Positions 19,989 through 29,801 of a stretch of DNA of 64,000 nt are shown piece after piece. Source of the DNA: a virus; the IMG/VR virus record IMGVR_UViG_3300042868_005520, positions 1 to 64,000 of that record; one strand, 5' to 3'. The translations under genes were made by a program, and so were the position numbers. The notes under the pieces are model-generated. The model saw nothing but the letters and a program-made list of their open reading frames with translations, was not told where the DNA came from and made no database searches. The stretch's first letter is position 1. Each line of letters begins with the position of its first letter.

Positions 19989-20233
19989 TGGCACGGAATC
20001 GCAGCGTAAAAAAAGGCAGAGTCTTCAAAGATTTCAAGGACAGGCGTGAGTATCAGACTGCGTTGACCCCTGATGATTTTCCTGATCCCCCGTATTACTC
20101 CATAATGCCTAAAGAAATACGGCAAATGATGAAACAGGATATTACCCGTTTGACAAGGGTTCAACTAGATGAACTGTTCCGCATCAGCAAGCAGTACAGA
20201 AAAGAATATAACCGCAGAAAGAGTAGCCGATGA
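19988..20233 (+). CDS. Small basic hypothetical protein
   Basis: TAATG/ATGA coupling to gp44 and gp62. Confidence 0.6.
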   Translation: MARNRSVKKGRVFKDFKDRREYQTALTPDDFPDPPYYSIMPKEIRQMMKQDITRLTRVQLDELFRISKQYRKEYNRRKSSR

Positions 20234-20622
20234 CTCACACCCTGAGTGATTATTTAAATGCCATCAATGTTTCAAAGGATCCGCTACTAGACAGTAGCGA
20301 GTCTTACACGAAGCAGTCGTATCCACCGTTCGTGGTTACCCGTTGCCTGTCGTATTTCCCCGATACCCTGTTCGCGGCAAACGAGATGAATACTCGTCCC
20401 CTTATAGATTCAAAAATGCACTTTGACTTCCTGCGGGGAGCAGTTCGTCCCCGTAAGCGGTTCTCCAAATGGCTAAAGCGGGAAGACGATAGTCGTGTGG
20501 CGGCTCTAGTGGAGTACTACGGTATATCTTCCCGCAAGGCGCGAGAAGCCCTGTCTGTGCTGTCCGAAGCCGATCTAGAGGAGATTGTTGCCGCTGTGGA
20601 TAAAGGTGGACGAAGCAAATAA
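20230..20622 (+). CDS. gp62: Clamp loader small subunit
   Basis: YPPFVV.RCLSYF.DT...ANEMN, RKRFSKW, YYG.S..KA.EAL. Confidence 0.95.
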   Translation: MTHTLSDYLNAINVSKDPLLDSSESYTKQSYPPFVVTRCLSYFPDTLFAANEMNTRPLIDSKMHFDFLRGAVRPRKRFSKWLKREDDSRVAALVEYYGISSRKAREALSVLSEADLEEIVAAVDKGGRSK

Positions 20623-20670
20623 TCTAAATACTTCCATGTGCGGTTCCGAATTATCAGGAGTGAGCAGAAC

Positions 20671-21108
20671 ATGGAAGCAGATGAACGATATATTGATCTT
20701 GAAACCACTGATCTGCTAGAGATCAGTCTACAGAAACCCGATGACTTTCTTAAAGTCCGTGAAACCTTGACGCGTATTGGCGTGTCGTCTCGCGCAGAAA
20801 AGAAGTTGTGGCAATCATGCCATATTCTGCACAAGAAGGGTAAATATTACATTGTGCATTTCAAGGAAATGTTTGCCCTAGACAGTTTGCCTACCTCCAT
20901 AAATAGTGAGGACATTGGACGGCGTAACACCGTTGCGTGTCTCCTTGAGGAGTGGGGGCTGATTAAGATCGTGGACAAAACCAAGATTACAGAAAAAGTG
21001 CCACTCAACAAAATAAAGATCCTTCCATTCAAGGAGAAGGGTGAGTGGGAATTGTGTCCTAAATATCACATCGGTCGTTCCAAGAAGAACATCAAGACCG
21101 AAGAGTAG
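20671..21108 (+). CDS. regA: Translational repressor RegA
   Basis: DDFLKVRETLTRIG, QSCHILHK.GKYYIVHFKE.FALD motifs. Confidence 0.97.
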   Translation: MEADERYIDLETTDLLEISLQKPDDFLKVRETLTRIGVSSRAEKKLWQSCHILHKKGKYYIVHFKEMFALDSLPTSINSEDIGRRNTVACLLEEWGLIKIVDKTKITEKVPLNKIKILPFKEKGEWELCPKYHIGRSKKNIKTEE

Positions 21109-21126
21109 ACAACGGAGATTTATATT

Positions 21127-21834
21127 ATGAGCAGACTTGTGATCAAGTTCCCTACGCGGAACCGACCTGAAAAATTCAAAACCGTCTTTTCCCGCTACCT
21201 CACCTTCTTGAGTGGACGGCATGATGTTCGTTTCATCCTGTCAATGGATGAGGATGATCTCACCATGAATAATCCTGAAATGCACCAGTGGATTTCCACT
21301 CGTGCAGAGAACGCACAGATTGAGTGCTTCTACGGGAACTCTAAGTCCAAGATTGAGGCTTGCAATGCCAACCTAGAGGGTGTTGACGGCGATGTACTGC
21401 TGTTGGCATCAGATGACATGGTGCCCGTGCAGATGGGATACGATGATATAATCTTTGGTGCTTTCTCTCAAGCCTTTCCTGACTTTGATGGTGCAATCAA
21501 GTTTTGGGATGGTCTGCGTCCAAAGGAAGACCCGCTGATGACTCTCACAGTCATGGGCTTCCCCCTGTACAAGCAGTTCGGATACATTTACAATCCTGAG
21601 TACAAGTCTCTGTACTGCGACAACGAGCAGACACAGGTTTGTGCTGCGCTGAACAAGTTGCGCCGTTGCGACCTGTGCATTATTCAGCACCAGTGGACGG
21701 GTGAGCCATTCGACACCCTCCACGCTCGTAACGAAAACGCGGAGATGTACGGGGTGGACGGTGAAACATTCAAGCGCAGAGGCGCAAATAAATTTGATAT
21801 GGAGGAAATGTTCAATGCCAGTATCAGCAAGTGA
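21127..21834 (+). CDS. Glycosyltransferase (GT-A fold)
   Basis: KFPTRNRP, D.DD, LASDDM DxD motif, YCDNE. Confidence 0.75.
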   Translation: MSRLVIKFPTRNRPEKFKTVFSRYLTFLSGRHDVRFILSMDEDDLTMNNPEMHQWISTRAENAQIECFYGNSKSKIEACNANLEGVDGDVLLLASDDMVPVQMGYDDIIFGAFSQAFPDFDGAIKFWDGLRPKEDPLMTLTVMGFPLYKQFGYIYNPEYKSLYCDNEQTQVCAALNKLRRCDLCIIQHQWTGEPFDTLHARNENAEMYGVDGETFKRRGANKFDMEEMFNASISK

Positions 21835-22453
21835 AATCAAGTTCAGCATCCTGATGCTGTCCATTCCCGAACGCATCGAATCCATGACCGCTGCGGTGAA
21901 GCATCTACAAGAGCAAGCCGATGCTGTAGGACAAGGCAAGGCGGTAGAGATTCTTGTGCTGTTGGACAATCGCTCCAAGAGCATTTCCGAGAAGCGTAAT
22001 GACCTCCTGCAAATGGCACGGGGTAAGTACATTGCGTTCTTGGACGATGACGATGCAGTCAGCAAGGACTACATGAGTAAGATCCTGACCGCTATTGACC
22101 AAAACGATGTTGACTGCATCTCATTCAACCAGTGGTGCAGCATCAACGGCGAACCAATGGATGTGGAGTTCGGCATCGGAAATCCCCACGGGCAGTTGTG
22201 GCGGGACGAAGACGGCTTCCTTGGTGACATCAAGCGTCCACCGTACCATATGTGCCTGTGGCGCAGTGATATTGCCAAGAGTGAATCTTTTAATCCTGTA
22301 TATGGAGCCAACGGGCAGTCTTCGGAAGACATTGATTGGCTCATGCGCCTGTACCCCAAGATTCAGACGGAACATCACATTGATGACTCGTTGCACGGGT
22401 ACATCTATAGTTCCGAGACAACCACCTCCCTTGTTCCACAGGAGCAGCAATGA
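21815..22453 (+). CDS. Glycosyltransferase family 2
   Basis: SILM.SIP.R, KRN.LL..ARGKYIAFLDDDD, ED.DW motifs. Confidence 0.85.
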   Translation: MPVSASEIKFSILMLSIPERIESMTAAVKHLQEQADAVGQGKAVEILVLLDNRSKSISEKRNDLLQMARGKYIAFLDDDDAVSKDYMSKILTAIDQNDVDCISFNQWCSINGEPMDVEFGIGNPHGQLWRDEDGFLGDIKRPPYHMCLWRSDIAKSESFNPVYGANGQSSEDIDWLMRLYPKIQTEHHIDDSLHGYIYSSETTTSLVPQEQQ

Positions 22454-23142
22454 AAGTAATATCGTTCAGCCTGTGGGGCGACAAGCCCACATACACCGTT
22501 GGTGCGGTCAAGAATGCCGATCTTGCGGCTACGCTGTTTCCTGATTGGACTTGTATGTTCTACTGCTTTAGTTCTGTTCCAAAAGAAATAATTGCAGAAC
22601 TACAATCCCGTAAGAATGTGATTGTACGGATGATAGACGGTGATTATAATTCGGAAGACAGCCGTGGTATGTTCCACCGATTCCTTCCCGCTGATGAAGA
22701 AGGCGTAGAGTACATGATGTCCCGTGACACAGATTCCCGTCTATCCGAGCGTGAGCGGCTTGCTGTTGAAGAGTGGTTGGCTAGTGGAGCCGATCTCCAT
22801 GTTATGCGTGATCATCCGTATCACGGTGCGCCAATACTTGGTGGTATGTGGGGGGTTAAGGGCGGAAAACTCAAGGGTATTGCTCGTGACATGGAAGAGT
22901 TTCAGCCAAGCAGCGATAAGGGACAAGACCAGTCTTTCCTGTGGGAATGGGTGTGGAGCAAGGTTACTGATGATGAAATCACCTGCTGTGTACACGATCC
23001 ATTTTTTCAGAAGGCTCCGTTCCCTACTGGTGCTACTCGTGGAGAAACCAATGGTGGAGTGTGGTTCGTAGGACAAGTCTTTGACGAGAACGACAAATAC
23101 AATAGTGAACAGGACACAAATTTGGTTAGAGATATCCTATGA
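22450..23142 (+). CDS. Glycosyltransferase-like protein
   Basis: ISFSLWG..P.Y..GA..N, RD.DSR, MRDHP.H..PILGGMWG, DQ.FL motifs; island context. Confidence 0.65.
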   Translation: MKVISFSLWGDKPTYTVGAVKNADLAATLFPDWTCMFYCFSSVPKEIIAELQSRKNVIVRMIDGDYNSEDSRGMFHRFLPADEEGVEYMMSRDTDSRLSERERLAVEEWLASGADLHVMRDHPYHGAPILGGMWGVKGGKLKGIARDMEEFQPSSDKGQDQSFLWEWVWSKVTDDEITCCVHDPFFQKAPFPTGATRGETNGGVWFVGQVFDENDKYNSEQDTNLVRDIL

Positions 23143-23510
23143 AAATTGAAGTATCAAATGGTGAAATAGCAGACAAGGTTTCTATTTTGATGATAAAGAA
23201 AGAACGCCTTATTGACGACAGCAAGATCATAAATGTATCAAAAGAACTAGAGGAGATTACTCCTGATTTTTTGATAATAATGAATTTTGATCACCCTCTG
23301 TATCTTGAACTCAAACAAGTAAATTCTTCTCTTTGGGATATAGAAGATCAAATTCGTGATAAAGAACGAGTAAAACTTTTTGACGATGAGTTTGTCTCTC
23401 TTGCTAGAGCAGTATACTTTATAAACGACAAAAGAGCAGAAATAAAGAAGACAATAAACACTATTACGGGATCTTCTTTGACTGAAGAAAAGTCCTATGC
23501 CAAATATTGA
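23139..23510 (+). CDS. DUF6165-like protein
   Basis: SNGEI.DK.SIL.IK, LWDIED.IR, LARAVY..ND.R..IK..IN...GS.L.EEKSY. Confidence 0.8.
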   Translation: MKIEVSNGEIADKVSILMIKKERLIDDSKIINVSKELEEITPDFLIIMNFDHPLYLELKQVNSSLWDIEDQIRDKERVKLFDDEFVSLARAVYFINDKRAEIKKTINTITGSSLTEEKSYAKY

Positions 23511-24192
23511 TGTGAATCCAAATACACTATATGTTCACCATCATCTTGGTCTAGGTGACCATATCATTTGCAATGGTCTTGTCCGATTCCTGTTGAAACA
23601 AACCAATGCTAATGACCTTTGGTTGGTGGTGAAACGCAAAAACTTCAATAATGTCTCTAGAATGTTTTTGGACGATTCTCGCATCAAGTTTATACCCGTT
23701 GACGAGGATAAGAATTTCTACGAACTTCCATTAGAATGGTCTAATGTTCGTTTGGCTAGAATTGGATTTGAGCGATGCCGAGAGACAGATTTTGATGTTT
23801 CATTTTATGACTCCACAGGAATCCCTTTCACGGAAAGATGGAATTCTTGGTACTATCAGCGAGATTTAGAATGTGAACAAACGATGATGCAGGAATTGTT
23901 ATTGCCTGAAAAGTTTGTGTTGGTTCACGATACTTCTAGTGTTGGTATTTTTGATCTAAAGATCAATACCAATTTACCTGTGATTCGTGTTTCGCGTTTG
24001 AACAGTGAGAAAACCATGTTTGATTGGATTGGTGTTATAGAACGAGCAACTGAAATACACTGCATAGATTCGTCTTTCATTCATCTAGTGAATTCTGTTG
24101 ATTTGGTAACCGACTCTTTGTTCTATCACAAAATAAAGTCAAGCAAGATGCAGATTTGTTTTCGTAAAAATTGGTCTGTAATAGAATATTAG
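23497..24192 (+). CDS. Glycosyltransferase-like protein (GT9/GT-B-like)
   Basis: HHHLGLGDHII.NG and EIHCIDSSF motifs. Confidence 0.6.
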   Translation: MPNIDVNPNTLYVHHHLGLGDHIICNGLVRFLLKQTNANDLWLVVKRKNFNNVSRMFLDDSRIKFIPVDEDKNFYELPLEWSNVRLARIGFERCRETDFDVSFYDSTGIPFTERWNSWYYQRDLECEQTMMQELLLPEKFVLVHDTSSVGIFDLKINTNLPVIRVSRLNSEKTMFDWIGVIERATEIHCIDSSFIHLVNSVDLVTDSLFYHKIKSSKMQICFRKNWSVIEY

Positions 24193-24204
24193 GAATATGT
24201 TTTT

Positions 24205-24948
24205 ATGAATAGTAGAATCAATGTATTGATCCCTATGGCTGGTCGTGGAGAACGATTTTCTTCCGTGGGTTATGATCTTCCAAAACCATTAATAGAAATT
24301 AATGGACGACCCATGATAGAATGGGCATTGCGTAGTTTAGATGTGGATTTTTACCTACACAATTTTATTTTTGTTGTACGAGACTATCAGAATGATGAAA
24401 TCAACAATCGGATTGCATCAGTTCTAACCTGTCTTGTGCCAAACAATAAAATTGTAAAAATTGATTATGTCACGGAAGGACCAGCGTGTACTTGCTTGCT
24501 TGTTCGTGATATGATTGACAACGATTCTCCTCTTATGGTTGGAAACTGCGATCAAATTATGAGATGGAATGGATCATACTTTGTAAGCAGTTGTTTAAAT
24601 TCTCCATATGATGGAGTAGTGGTTACCTATGATGAAAGCACTCCAAAAAATAGTTACGCCAAATTGAATTCTCGTGGAGATGTGATTCGAATCGAAGAAA
24701 AAAATGTCATAAGCAATGTGTCTTTGAATGGTATACATTTTTGGAAACACGGTTCGGATTTTGTTAGTTCTGCGGATTCCATGATAGAAAGTAATGAGCG
24801 GTATAACAATGAATTTTATGTTGGACCAACATATAACCACATGATCAAGACGGGAAAGCGAGTTGGCATTTTTCACATACCACGCGAATGTCATAATCCA
24901 GTCGGTGTTCCGAGTGATCTTGGAGACTTCTTGGAAAAAAATAAATGA
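24205..24948 (+). CDS. Sugar nucleotidyltransferase, BcbE-like
   Basis: IPMAGRGERF...GY..PKPLI.I.G.PMI, TEGPA.T, N.DQ, EK.VIS, NNEFYV.P.YN, G.P.DL. Confidence 0.85.
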   Translation: MNSRINVLIPMAGRGERFSSVGYDLPKPLIEINGRPMIEWALRSLDVDFYLHNFIFVVRDYQNDEINNRIASVLTCLVPNNKIVKIDYVTEGPACTCLLVRDMIDNDSPLMVGNCDQIMRWNGSYFVSSCLNSPYDGVVVTYDESTPKNSYAKLNSRGDVIRIEEKNVISNVSLNGIHFWKHGSDFVSSADSMIESNERYNNEFYVGPTYNHMIKTGKRVGIFHIPRECHNPVGVPSDLGDFLEKNK

Positions 24949-25274
24949 AGAAATATAAACTTAAAGATATGCATAGAGGATGGTTAATTGGTGATTTTGA
25001 ACCGTCTGTGCTAAGGACGCAAGATTTTGAGGTGGGTGTTCTCACTCACAAAAAAGGCGAACATTGGGATGAACACTATCACAAGATAGCAACCGAAATC
25101 AATGTGTTGGTTGAAGGAAGTATGACGATAAACGGCATACATATAGAGGTTGGAGACATCTTTATCATTGAGCCAAACGAATCCTCTGCTCCAATTTTTC
25201 TAGAGGATTGTAGAGTGCTGTGCGTGAAAACCCCTTCTGTGATTGGAGATAAATATGCAACTATTCGTGAATGA
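24945..25274 (+). CDS. Cupin-domain protein
   Basis: GW.IGDFEP, HYHKIATE.N...G.M, GDIF...P cupin motif. Confidence 0.8.
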   Translation: MKKYKLKDMHRGWLIGDFEPSVLRTQDFEVGVLTHKKGEHWDEHYHKIATEINVLVEGSMTINGIHIEVGDIFIIEPNESSAPIFLEDCRVLCVKTPSVIGDKYATIRE

Positions 25275-26448
25275 GTCTGCACTTGACAGCGAAAAGTATT
25301 TCGTAGTCACCTACAAGTTGGAGTCCGACAAGAACCTACGCGATGCCGCTTGGAACATTGCCATCGGTCAGAGTGTTGGTAATCCAAATGTGCGGAACCG
25401 TTGGGAGACAGAGGATTTGTTTAAGAATCACTCTTGTCTAATACTCGCTGACGAGATTGAACTACAGAACAAGACATCAGGAGAAGTCAAGATTGCGTTC
25501 CCCGTGATCAACACTGATTGGGAAACAGATGGAATCAGCCATCTGCTGTGTCAGATCATGGGTGGTCATGTTGATATTGACTTGGTGAAGAAGTGCCGCG
25601 TAGTCAAGTTGGATCTTCCACAAAGTGTTACCAAGCACTTCGCAGGACCAAAGTTTGGCATCAGTGGTATGAGGAAGTTCACGGGTCAGTACGAAAAGCC
25701 ACTGCTTGGCGCGATCATCAAGCCCAAGATCGGTATCACTCCAGAAACCCTGTTGGACATGGTTAAAGAACTCGTTGATGGCGGAGTTGACTTCATCAAG
25801 GAAGACGAGATCATGTCAAATCCGTCTTTCTGTCCACTAGACAAGCGTGTGCACATGATTTCAAATTATCTGCGCTCACAATCTCGTAATGTAGTATTTT
25901 GTCATACCATCAACTGTGATCCGCACATTCTTGCGGGTCGTGTTTGCAGAATCCACTCCCTTGGCGGAAACGGTGTACACATCAATGTGTGGAGCGGATA
26001 TGGTGCTTACAACAGCATTCGAAAACTAGATCTTCCAATCTACCTGCATTTCCAAAGCAGCGGTGCAAAGGTTGCGACAAGCGTAAACAATCAGTTCAGT
26101 ATTAGTTGGTCTGTGATTTGTCAGTTGGCTACTCTCATGGGTGTAGACACCATTCAGACAGGAATGGTGGGAGGTTACAGCAATGACGATCCTCAAGAAA
26201 TACTTGAGTGCATCAAGGTGCTACGAGAAGGAAACACAGTTCCTGCACTCAGTTGTGGCTTGCATCCAGGATTGGTTGACAAGATTACATCTCTTGTCGG
26301 AAATGACTATCTTGGGAATGCGGGTGGAGCCATTCACGGTCATCCAAACGGAACATTGTCTGGTGCGAAAGCGATGCGACAATCCGTTGATAAGACATAC
26401 GGAACAGAATATACACACGCAATTGAAAAGTGGGGAAAGATACTATGA
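25255..26448 (+). CDS. RuBisCO-like protein (form IV, RLP)
   Basis: GPKFGI.G.R, IIKPKIG, GGVDFIKEDE (Lys201/Asp203/Glu204 equivalents), SCGLHPG, GGAIHGHP.G...GA.A.RQ; GGAG RBS. Confidence 0.93.
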   Translation: MQLFVNESALDSEKYFVVTYKLESDKNLRDAAWNIAIGQSVGNPNVRNRWETEDLFKNHSCLILADEIELQNKTSGEVKIAFPVINTDWETDGISHLLCQIMGGHVDIDLVKKCRVVKLDLPQSVTKHFAGPKFGISGMRKFTGQYEKPLLGAIIKPKIGITPETLLDMVKELVDGGVDFIKEDEIMSNPSFCPLDKRVHMISNYLRSQSRNVVFCHTINCDPHILAGRVCRIHSLGGNGVHINVWSGYGAYNSIRKLDLPIYLHFQSSGAKVATSVNNQFSISWSVICQLATLMGVDTIQTGMVGGYSNDDPQEILECIKVLREGNTVPALSCGLHPGLVDKITSLVGNDYLGNAGGAIHGHPNGTLSGAKAMRQSVDKTYGTEYTHAIEKWGKIL

Positions 26449-27065
26449 AGTGGAAAGAAGATTTGACTCACGACATTAGATTTGGTTCGGTTGTAGACGA
26501 TATTGACCACCCAATTCCTGAATTGGGATTGAAACCAGCAAGCCCTCCTGCTGAATTCACAGATGATAATCATGCGGCTATTCAAAAGGCTATAGATCGG
26601 TGCAAGAATAAGCCAAAGACATTCCTAGAAATAGGTGTCTGTAGAAACGGTCATCATTCATCGACACACACCATATTTAAGAATCTTCCGAGTGATGGAG
26701 TTTATCTTGGAGTTGATCTTGATGATAAAACCTTCCTAGACAACAAAGAAAATGGAATTCATACTATAAAAACATCTTCTTCCAACTACGAAGAAGTAGT
26801 ATCTAAATTGAAATCTCTTGGTGTGGATAAGTTGGATTTTATATTTATAGACGGATGGCACAGTATCAATCAGGTTTTATCTGATTGGGAATACACCAAT
26901 CTTCTTTCTGATGGCGGTGTTGTTGCTTTACACGATACTACTGCTCATCCTGGTCCTTTCTTCTTTATGAAATTTTTGAATAGATCCACATGGGAAGTGC
27001 ACCCTAATCTGTGTCCAAACGATCACGGTTTGGGGTATTGCTTGAAGAATCAGGATACAAAATGA
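26445..27065 (+). CDS. Class I SAM-dependent methyltransferase (Methyltransf_24-like)
   Basis: FLEIG, FIFIDGWHS, L..GGVVALHD motifs. Confidence 0.82.
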   Translation: MKWKEDLTHDIRFGSVVDDIDHPIPELGLKPASPPAEFTDDNHAAIQKAIDRCKNKPKTFLEIGVCRNGHHSSTHTIFKNLPSDGVYLGVDLDDKTFLDNKENGIHTIKTSSSNYEEVVSKLKSLGVDKLDFIFIDGWHSINQVLSDWEYTNLLSDGGVVALHDTTAHPGPFFFMKFLNRSTWEVHPNLCPNDHGLGYCLKNQDTK

Positions 27066-28060
27066 TAAAGGTTCTATTTGTTACTGCGGTTGGAAATGCC
27101 AAATCATATGACTACTTAACAGATGGTATTCTTCACGGACTGAAGACTCGAAAAGATAAGTTTGATGTATATGAGTGCTTTGGTATGAAGCATCTGTATA
27201 AAAATTATCCAACTGATGATAGTCCTGCTTTGTTCGGTAGAAGAAATCTGAATGGTGGACCAAACGAACTAGGTTTGGGTCTGTGCATCAAGATGGTTGC
27301 TGACAAATTTTTTGATGTGATTGTTTTTGATTGGAGAACATCGAGCAATTTTTGGAACAATCATGGGCATTGTCCGTATTGGAAAGAAACAGTTGCAATA
27401 CAAAATGTTGCATTCTCTGCATATCCAAAAGAGAAGATTGTATTCTTGGATAGTAGCGATGACAATGTTGGGAAGTATGAGATGTTTACTCAACCGTTTG
27501 TTGGTAAATCAACATACTTCAAACGAGAATTGTATATTGATGATCCATACTTTCATCCCATAGACATACCTTTTGCTGCGGAAAAGGGAAGCCCTTTGAT
27601 TTTGTCTAATTCTAAAGACAAGTATCTATCCCATGTAATACCAGAAAAAAAAGATACCTATATTTTTAAAGATGAATCTTCTTATTATGGAGATTACGCA
27701 AAGTCTTATTTCGGGGCAACATGGAAAAAGATTGGTTGGGGATGCTATCGCCATTCCGAGATCGTGTTTGCTTCATGTGTTCCTTTGTTTCCAGATATTA
27801 CTCACTGCCCTATGCGAACACTGACTTTTTTTCCAAAAAGCCTTTTTCAAGAGGTTCTTAATCGCGGTGTGTTGCGTAATACCGCCACAAAGGTACAGAA
27901 GTATTCGGATATGTACACTTATGAAAACATTGAAATTAACGAATCTGCTATTGACAAGTCCTGGTATGATGATATTCTTTACCAAGTATATGATCACGCT
28001 CACAAAAATCTCACCACTACAGCAATGGCAGATTATGTTCTGTCTAAACTAGACATATGA
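27062..28060 (+). CDS. Glycosyltransferase-like protein (GT-B)
   Basis: DYL.D...HGL, YFKREL, YY.DY..S.FG.T.KK.GW.C.RH.EI....C.P motifs; context. Confidence 0.6.
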   Translation: MIKVLFVTAVGNAKSYDYLTDGILHGLKTRKDKFDVYECFGMKHLYKNYPTDDSPALFGRRNLNGGPNELGLGLCIKMVADKFFDVIVFDWRTSSNFWNNHGHCPYWKETVAIQNVAFSAYPKEKIVFLDSSDDNVGKYEMFTQPFVGKSTYFKRELYIDDPYFHPIDIPFAAEKGSPLILSNSKDKYLSHVIPEKKDTYIFKDESSYYGDYAKSYFGATWKKIGWGCYRHSEIVFASCVPLFPDITHCPMRTLTFFPKSLFQEVLNRGVLRNTATKVQKYSDMYTYENIEINESAIDKSWYDDILYQVYDHAHKNLTTTAMADYVLSKLDI

Positions 28061-28878
28061 AACAATCAATTGTATTTCGCGGTAGTATATGCAATGACCG
28101 ATACAAGACTAATTTTTTGAAAGACTCTGTTTCGGAACTGCGTAAATGGTTTTTTGGTGAAATCATAATTTCTACATGGCATGGTCAAGAAGAAAATGCC
28201 AATTGTATCAGTGGTGTTGATAAGATTGTTTACACTCAAGACCCCGAATCGGGATTGGTTGCACATAATCGGAGGCAGCATATTTCGTTCAGAGAAGGAG
28301 TAAAGGCTAGTTCTGGCGATGTTGTTTTTGTGACACGAACAGATTGTCTTCTGACGAAGGATCCATTTTATTTAATGGACTGCAATCAAGATCATGATAC
28401 TCGTTTTCGTTTTGTTAGCAGAAGAATGGTTGCTGGAAACATGATGACATTTTCCCCAAACCAAGGTTCTTCTTCTAGTGAAAAGTGGGACGGCTATTTT
28501 AGACTGGGAGATTGGTTTCATATGGGAATGCGTAAAGACATTCTTTTGTGGGGAGATGTTTTAGAATTTTCAGAACAGTTAAATGCAGATGTGAATGGAA
28601 TACAGACACCGAATCGTTCGGTTGAACAGTTGTGGCTGATGTCTGCCATAAATAAATACAGCAAAGACAAGATAGATTTGCAGAAATATCAGTTTATGGA
28701 TGTATATGATGCATGGGCTGGAATTCTAAATAATTTTAGAGTAGTCAATACCCGATCCACTGCGGGAGTACACAACTTAAACTGGAATCATAAGTCCGAG
28801 TTTCATCCTCTGTATGTGACAGAGGATGAATACAATACTGCTTTTTTAAATCGTTATGGAACTATCATAAAAGGATAA
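28057..28878 (+). CDS. WavE-like polysaccharide biosynthesis protein
   Basis: IVFRG.I, EIIISTW, N..RQ..S...G, RTD, D.F..G, EQ motifs. Confidence 0.65.
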   Translation: MKQSIVFRGSICNDRYKTNFLKDSVSELRKWFFGEIIISTWHGQEENANCISGVDKIVYTQDPESGLVAHNRRQHISFREGVKASSGDVVFVTRTDCLLTKDPFYLMDCNQDHDTRFRFVSRRMVAGNMMTFSPNQGSSSSEKWDGYFRLGDWFHMGMRKDILLWGDVLEFSEQLNADVNGIQTPNRSVEQLWLMSAINKYSKDKIDLQKYQFMDVYDAWAGILNNFRVVNTRSTAGVHNLNWNHKSEFHPLYVTEDEYNTAFLNRYGTIIKG

Positions 28879-28880
28879 TC

Positions 28881-29801
28881 GTGGAAACCAAAGACTTCCT
28901 GTTTTTCAACTATTCGTGGGTGGTTAACTCTACTTTCTACTTTGAGTCCTTTGCCAAGAAAGGACACAGCATAGACATTGTTACAGAAAAAGATCTCCAT
29001 TCTTTTGTTCCGCAGAACAAGTACAAAAATGTTGTGCTATATCTCCATGAACCGTGGAGTCTTCCTATAACTGATCACCTAATAAACACATACTTCAACG
29101 ATGCTGTTTTGATTCAGCATGATGATACGGATTTTGAAGATGTTCAATATTGGAGCACTCGCGTTCCTGATCTGGTGATGCAGAGGGAATATACAGACAA
29201 TACTAAAAATCCTCGTGGTTCTGCTATGGGTGCTTTCCATTTCCCCATTCATTCGTGGTACAATCCGTCCATAACAGAAAAACCGTATGATCTGTGCTTC
29301 CTGGCAAACATGACGCATCCTAGACGAGTCATGTTTGCCAGGAAGATGATGGAGTTGATGAACGGTAGACTAAATCATTTGGTTTGGAAAGTAAACATAG
29401 AACCTCATGTGAATACATCTTCTCAGTTCTACAATAAGAATGCCTTCAGTGAGCAGAAGGAAGACACAAAGATAATTGTTAACAAGACCAAGATTGGACT
29501 GAACGATTTTGGAAATTCTTATGAACAGTGGAGAACATGGGAATACGCAAGTGCTGGTACGGCAATACTTATGCCAAAGATGAAAACCAAGTGTGTATCA
29601 GAAGGCTTTATGCCTTTCAACGAATACACTGTATTTCGTGATGATTACTCTGATTTGGAGGAGAAGATACTTTTCCTGCTAGAAAACAATCGGTATATGG
29701 AATACGGCACGATGGCTAAAGAAGCCTATGATAAAAGACACAATCCCGAAAAGTGTTTTGAGTTTTATTACGAGCAAATTATGAGGTATGCCAAACAATG
29801 A
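28881..29801 (+). CDS. Glycosyltransferase (GT1-like/CgeB-type C-terminus)
   Basis: KIGLN..G......RTWE....G..ILM, DLEEKI..LL C-terminal domain. Confidence 0.65.
   Translation: METKDFLFFNYSWVVNSTFYFESFAKKGHSIDIVTEKDLHSFVPQNKYKNVVLYLHEPWSLPITDHLINTYFNDAVLIQHDDTDFEDVQYWSTRVPDLVMQREYTDNTKNPRGSAMGAFHFPIHSWYNPSITEKPYDLCFLANMTHPRRVMFARKMMELMNGRLNHLVWKVNIEPHVNTSSQFYNKNAFSEQKEDTKIIVNKTKIGLNDFGNSYEQWRTWEYASAGTAILMPKMKTKCVSEGFMPFNEYTVFRDDYSDLEEKILFLLENNRYMEYGTMAKEAYDKRHNPEKCFEFYYEQIMRYAKQ

Noticed and set aside
25255-26448. Bona fide CO2-fixing RuBisCO (rbcL/cbbM) auxiliary gene
   Set aside because: Equivalents of E60, N123, H294, R295, H327 and K334 appear substituted; no rbcS or prk; the context is glycan synthesis
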